Positions 61,815-64,000 of a DNA stretch of 64,000 nucleotides are shown here, one piece after another (within the stretch, counting starts at the first letter, position 1; the number at the start of each line of letters is the position of its first letter). The DNA is taken from assembly GCF_037042905.1 (NCBI RefSeq), contig NC_087246.1:31248001-31312000 (forward strand). The letters are read 5' to 3'. Position numbers and translations under genes: made by a program. This DNA is from Lytechinus pictus. Taxonomy: Eukaryota. Below the pieces are notes generated by a model. That model searched no databases. It was given only the letters and a program-made list of their open reading frames with translations, and had not been told where the DNA came from.

Positions 61815-63963
61815 TAATGTTTAACCCATCTGTAAGCACAGGTACACTAGCGCCCCCTCGTCTATGCATGGGTGACCTAGGCATTTTTATGTCCGAAAAA
61901 TCGGCACAATGTACCGTGCTGACCGGTATGATTGCATCTTAGAAAGGGCAGGGCAAGCGCAACTAGTTGGAACTGGGCTGAAGATAGCGGTTTGTTTTTG
62001 GTGAAGATTTGTTTACATGCCATTTTGACAAGAGTTAAGACAAACTTTTGTAGACCGGTATACTATATTCATCGTTTTTATAATAGAAGGATGCACAAGA
62101 AAAATATTTCATATATGTATACATCATATTGGTAATAATATGAGAAGTGAGATTTTATAGATAAAGTCAATGGCGACAATAGTCAAATATGACTAATTGC
62201 CACTCAAACCAACATAAGAAGAAGAAGAAGCTCTTCTTGCACTTCACTAGGTGGTACGTACTGTACGCGTACCGACTGCTTATGTGCAGCGCTGAGCTTC
62301 AAGCGACCGAGTGATTCCGAAATAGGTGTAAAACTTTGTAAAAAAAAGTGTCAAAACGGCAAATATTCAACTTCTACTGGACTTTGGAGGCTCAGATGCA
62401 AGTATTTTAGGTTGTGAATTATTTAGGGTGAGATTGTACATGTTTGAAAACCATTAAACGGGGAGGTGCGAAACTACACTAGCGCCTCCGGTTGTACTGT
62501 AGAGTAAAGTGCCCAAATATATAAATTTTGATATCTAAGACTAAGACTAAGTAAAGACTAAATCTATAAATGTAATTATTTACTTACCAAACGTAGCCAG
62601 GCGGCTTCTTGAGAGTAAAAATCATTTACTAACGTAGGTTCTCTCAATGAAGCCAGGGAGTCCTTCCTATTCATCTGCGTGTACCGCAAAAAAACCTGAA
62701 AATGACCCCGAGATTTCTACTTTCCTTCTAAAACATCTAGCCATAAATCATGTACATGGGATAAAACTTCATTTCCGACATTTCTACGCTCTCGTTGTTA
62801 TTTTTAAACAAGAATTCATCAAAAAAATGAAAAATATTGTGAAAAGACGGAAGAGACTTGCCCGATGTTTACGCCGCCATCTTGTTTCTTATTGTACTTC
62901 CCCAACGTTACGGACGCGAGCGTCGCGTAACGTTGGGAAAGTATAAAGGATAAAAAAATTCTATGGATTCACATAGCCTTTGACATGACAGGACTGCTGA
63001 TATTTCACAACCACACACAGAAACTTCAACTATTCAAGTTTCAACAATAAAAAATCTGACATTTATCAAAAAGCAAACCCTGAAATGATCTGAGAATGTG
63101 GCCAAACATGGAAAGAGCTTTCAAAATTTTCAAATTATCAACAGATCTGAGCTCATTTTGAGCGGATTTTGTTGCATTTCGGAGATAAAGGTTGAAATTG
63201 AGTCGGATTTGAGCTAAGTTTACAATGTTGATTTTTCTGTACAAAACTAGTAACCTAAGTTATTGTATATTTTGACGATGCTACAATTCGTTAAGTGAAA
63301 GTAAGGCATTGCTTGGACTGATAAATCTGTTTCGGAGGAGGTTTTTCAACATTTTTTTTTTTTTTTTTGCCCTCGTACACGGAGGATGACGGCCATTGGG
63401 CTCGTAGGGGTGGAGCTCCACCGACGTCTTAACTACAGCGTCTATGGAGAAAAGGGTGCAATTTTGCACCCTCCTCGATTACTCCTAAATTTTGCTTTTT
63501 GACGGGGGAGGGGGAAGAAAGAAATGATGAAGATAAATTTATATTAAATAAAATCAGCTTACCAAGGTGGTAAGCAGAGCATATCCCTGACAGAAATAGA
63601 CTAGATTTATCGGTCTAGGCATTGCCTTGCAATTATATCCTACAGAAAGCCTTTCTGAAGTCTTCGCTTCACCTTCGTTCCAAGCAAACATCCTTCTACA
63701 TTTTAATAGAATTTTCTTTTTCTTTTTTAGAGTGTATCCTAATTTCCTAAAAATGCCCCATTAATTTCACACTGTATCCAAATTTCCTTCTTTTTTTGTT
63801 TGATCTCTTTAAGTCTCTAATGAGGTACCTGAGGTTCCTGTCGTATCACCAGCATCAGGTCGAGTCTTTGAGAAGAGACTAATTGAGAAGTTCATCTCTG
63901 AGAATGGCACTGATCCTGTCAATGGAGAACCTCTTTCTGAAGATCAGCTGATTGAGGTCAAAG
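57048..63963 (+). CDS. PRPF19: Pre-mRNA-processing factor 19, U-box exons; gene continues beyond window
   Basis: Exon 57048-57066 plus exon 63814-63963: [56 protein letters not shown], matching human MSLICSISNEVPEHPCVSP... Confidence 0.95.
57695..59302 (-). mobile_element. SINE with 7SL(Alu-domain)-like head, split into 59302-59291 and 57859-57695 by a LINE
   Basis: Rejoined across a CAAC duplication: AACTGGGCGTTGTGGCGTGCGCCTGTAATCCAAGCTATGCGGGGA...GGTTCGAGCCC...TCTTTCGGATGGTGACGTTAAA...ACTCAAATA(CA)n; GTG duplicated at its own insertion site. Confidence 0.8.
57860..59290 (-). mobile_element. 5'-truncated I-group (Nimb/Ingi-like) LINE copy: RNase H part, CCHC finger, 3' UTR, (AAG)n tail
   Basis: Reverse complement of 60804-62230 with scattered substitutions; ORF 58501-58911. 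Confidence 0.9.
59655..62230 (+). mobile_element. 5'-truncated I-group (Nimb/Ingi-like) LINE with RT, RNase H and CCHC zinc knuckle
   Basis: Frame 59656-61593 with one nonsense codon (TAG 59989-59991): [57 protein letters not shown]; 3' stem-loop and (AAG)5 tail. Confidence 0.92.
62593..62900 (+). repeat. Uninterrupted copy of repeat X in PRPF19 intron 1
   Basis: Colinear with the fragmented copy at 27677-33040; contains CGCCGCCATCTTG. Confidence 0.7.
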
Positions 63964-64000
63964 GTTAGTTAATCTTTGAGATTTCTCAAGAGGGTTCTTA

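Larger units (their letters stand above)
57433..62486. mobile_element. Long-TIR non-autonomous DNA transposon (Mutator/Merlin-like, ~0.9 kb when empty) with retro-insertions in both TIRs
   Basis: Perfect termini GGCGCTAGTGTAGTTTCGCACCTCCCC; 8-bp TSD TCCGGTTG (57425-57432, 62487-62494); TIR pieces 57433-57694 + 59303-59398 and 59568-59654 + 62231-62486; spacer 59399-59567. Confidence 0.9.

Noticed and set aside
57433-62486. Palindrome as an assembly or chimera artefact
   Set aside because: Arms differ by substitutions and indels, have different LINE truncation points, and the element has a clean 8-bp TSD; long-read confirmation is still advisable.

Overview
AT-rich, intron-rich animal genomic DNA; the repeat landscape and protein sequences suggest an echinoderm (sea-urchin-like), which is an inference. 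Five spliced genes were reconstructed exon by exon with consistent GT-AG sites and phases: CHEK2 (-, 5' part), CRCP/RPC9 (+, complete, 144 aa), CHCHD2/10 (-, complete, 138 aa), a transcobalamin/intrinsic-factor-like secreted protein (-, ~455 aa, one acceptor hidden in an N gap) and PRPF19 (+, first two exons). Introns and intergenic DNA hold many non-autonomous DNA transposons, often nested, plus SINE fragments. The most striking structure is in PRPF19 intron 1. A long-TIR element (8-bp TSD) has taken an RNase-H-bearing LINE insertion in each TIR at nearly mirror positions, giving a ~5-kb palindrome. The left LINE splits a ~173-nt SINE. Once rejoined, that SINE has a 7SL (SRP Alu-domain)-like head, a B box and a 3' stem-loop built like the LINE's 3' end. 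This is a candidate independently evolved Alu-like SINE together with a plausible partner LINE type and a shared insertion hotspot.
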